A DNA stretch of 64,000 bases from the human T2T-CHM13v2.0 reference genome, Homo sapiens, in assembly GCF_009914755.1 (NCBI RefSeq), contig NC_060932.1, one strand, 5' to 3'. The translations under genes were made by a program, and so were the position numbers. Positions within the stretch are counted from its first letter, which is position 1. Every line of letters begins with the position of its first letter. Shown one piece after another: positions 62,280-64,000 of the stretch. Under the pieces are notes generated by a model, which saw only the letters and a list, made by a program, of their open reading frames with translations, did no database searches and was not told the origin of the DNA.

Positions 62280-64000
62280 TGATTTGGTCTACAATCCATT
62301 TTGATTTAATTTTTAATTATGAAGTGACGTAGCATTTAATTTTTTTTTTGATGTAGATAGCCAGTTCTCCCAGCACTATGTTCAAAAAGGCTGCTCTTTC
62401 TTCCATTGACCCTTGTTAAAAATCAGTTGACATTACATGAAAAAGTTTATTTCAGGACTCTCAATTCTATTCCATTGATCTATATGGTCATCCTAAGAGT
62501 ACCATATTTCTTGATTACTTTTGTTTTATAGTAAGTTTTTAAACACAAAGGCATATGCCCTCCAACTTTTGTTCTTTTTGTTCAAGATTGTTCTAGTTAT
62601 TTTGAATCCCGTAGATTTCCAAATAAATTTTAAAATAAATGTCATTTTTCTGCCAAAAAGGTCGCTGGAATTTTGATAGGGATTATGTTGAATCTGTACA
62701 TCAATGTGGGATGCAATGACATCTTAAAAATATTGTGATCCAATCCATGAACATGTGATATCTTTCTATTTATTTGTCTTCTTTAATTTTTTTCAACATT
62801 TTGTTGTTTTCAGTTTAAAAATCTTATGTTTATTTCTTAAAATTTATTCCTAAGTATATTTTTGATATTACTTAAGTGAAATTATTTTGTTTCATTTTTA
62901 TATTTTTATGACCAGTATATGGAAATATAGTTTACTTTACTTTTACATACTAATTTTATGGTATTTTTTATTTGTGGATTCCTTAGAATTTTCTGTACAT
63001 AAGATCCTATCATCTGCAAATAAAATATGGCTTTTTCCTTTTCAATTAATACATCTTTTGTATCCTTTTCTTGCCTAATTGCCCTGGTTAGATTCACCAG
63101 TACAGTGGTGAATAGAAGTGGCCAAAGCAATAATTCTTGGCTTATTGCTGATCTTAGGGAGTAAATATTCTGTGGATTACAATTAGGTAAAATGTTAGTT
63201 ATGGGTTTTTCACAGATGTTATCAGGTGAAGAAATTTCCTTCTATTCTTTGTTTCTATCATGAAAGAAGGTTGGATTTTACAAATATTCTTTCTAAATAT
63301 TGAGATTATCATGTGGTTTTGTACTTTATTCTATTAATAGAGAATGCTTCATGTATGTATTTTTATAATAAAGCAATCTTACATTCTTGTGATAAATCCA
63401 GTTTTTCATGGTGTATCCTTTTTTACATGTTGCTTTGTTTTGTTAGCATTTTATTGAGGATACAGTTGTCTATATTTTTAAGGGATTCTGGTCTGTGTAC
63501 CTTTTCTTTTCCTGTGGTGTCTTTATCTAAATGTTTAAAGAAGAATTAACATAAATCCTTCACAAACTTTTGCAAGAATATAAAGGGATTTAACACTGCC
63601 AAACACATTCTATGAGGCCACAGAATAAGATGCCAAAACTAGACAAATCATCACATATGAAAAACATTTTTTCATTGATTTTTTCCCACTGTTTTCTAGT
63701 CTCTGTTTTGTTGTTTTAATGCTAAGCTTTATTTCCTTCCTTCTGCTTGCTTTGGGCTTAGTTTGCTATTCTTTGACTATTTCTTAAGGTGAAAGTTTAG
63801 GCTGTTGATTCGAGAATATGAGGCTATTGATTTCAGTTAAATATGGCAGGTTTTCATTATACATGCATACGTAAGCCCTTATTTAGCAGTATTCCATAAA
63901 TATGTTTGTTGTGTGTTCAATTTTCATTCATATAAAAGCATTTTCTAATTTCCATTATGATTTTTTTTCATTGATGTGTTAGTTACTTGGAAGTGGAAGT
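62280..64000 (-). mobile_element. Old L1M ORF2, degenerate, with an internal inverted segment; runs off window
   Basis: TCTATTCCATTGATCTATATG, CCTCCAACTTTTGTTC, GGAATTTTGATAGGGATT, ATCATCTGCAAATA, CTTGCCTAATTGCCCTGG: antisense ORF2 landmarks. Segment 63529-63665 is in the opposite orientation. Confidence 0.88.

Overview
This is primate, very likely human, AT-rich non-coding DNA: an intergenic region or deep intron. It is dominated by interspersed repeats: 11 Alus (J, S and Y types), old L1M/L1MA/L1PB blocks, a short young L1PA2-type 3' end, MaLR LTRs (THE1D, MLT1), ERVL and ERV1 LTRs including a solo LTR12, Tigger/MER DNA transposons and MIR/L2 relics. I can support no protein-coding gene; the supplied ORFs are repeat-derived or chance ORFs. 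The only RNA-gene-derived feature is a 3'-truncated, tailless 7SK retropseudogene (46059-46298) with a 13-bp target-site duplication (TSD). I found no evidence for a new biological system. The best second-look items are local structural oddities: a 20-copy 20-bp minisatellite apparently born from an MLT1E LTR with an internal 40-bp higher-order block, the tailless 7SK copy, a CCAAT-rich LTR12, an 81-bp tandem duplication, a nested MER21C/L1PA2/MER39 stack with an inverted paralogous LTR next to it, an ERV-L dUTPase relic, an inversion inside an old L1, and a few candidate non-coding exons and enhancers. Repeat subfamily names come from recalled consensus sequences and need RepeatMasker/Dfam confirmation. 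Boundaries of old elements are approximate.
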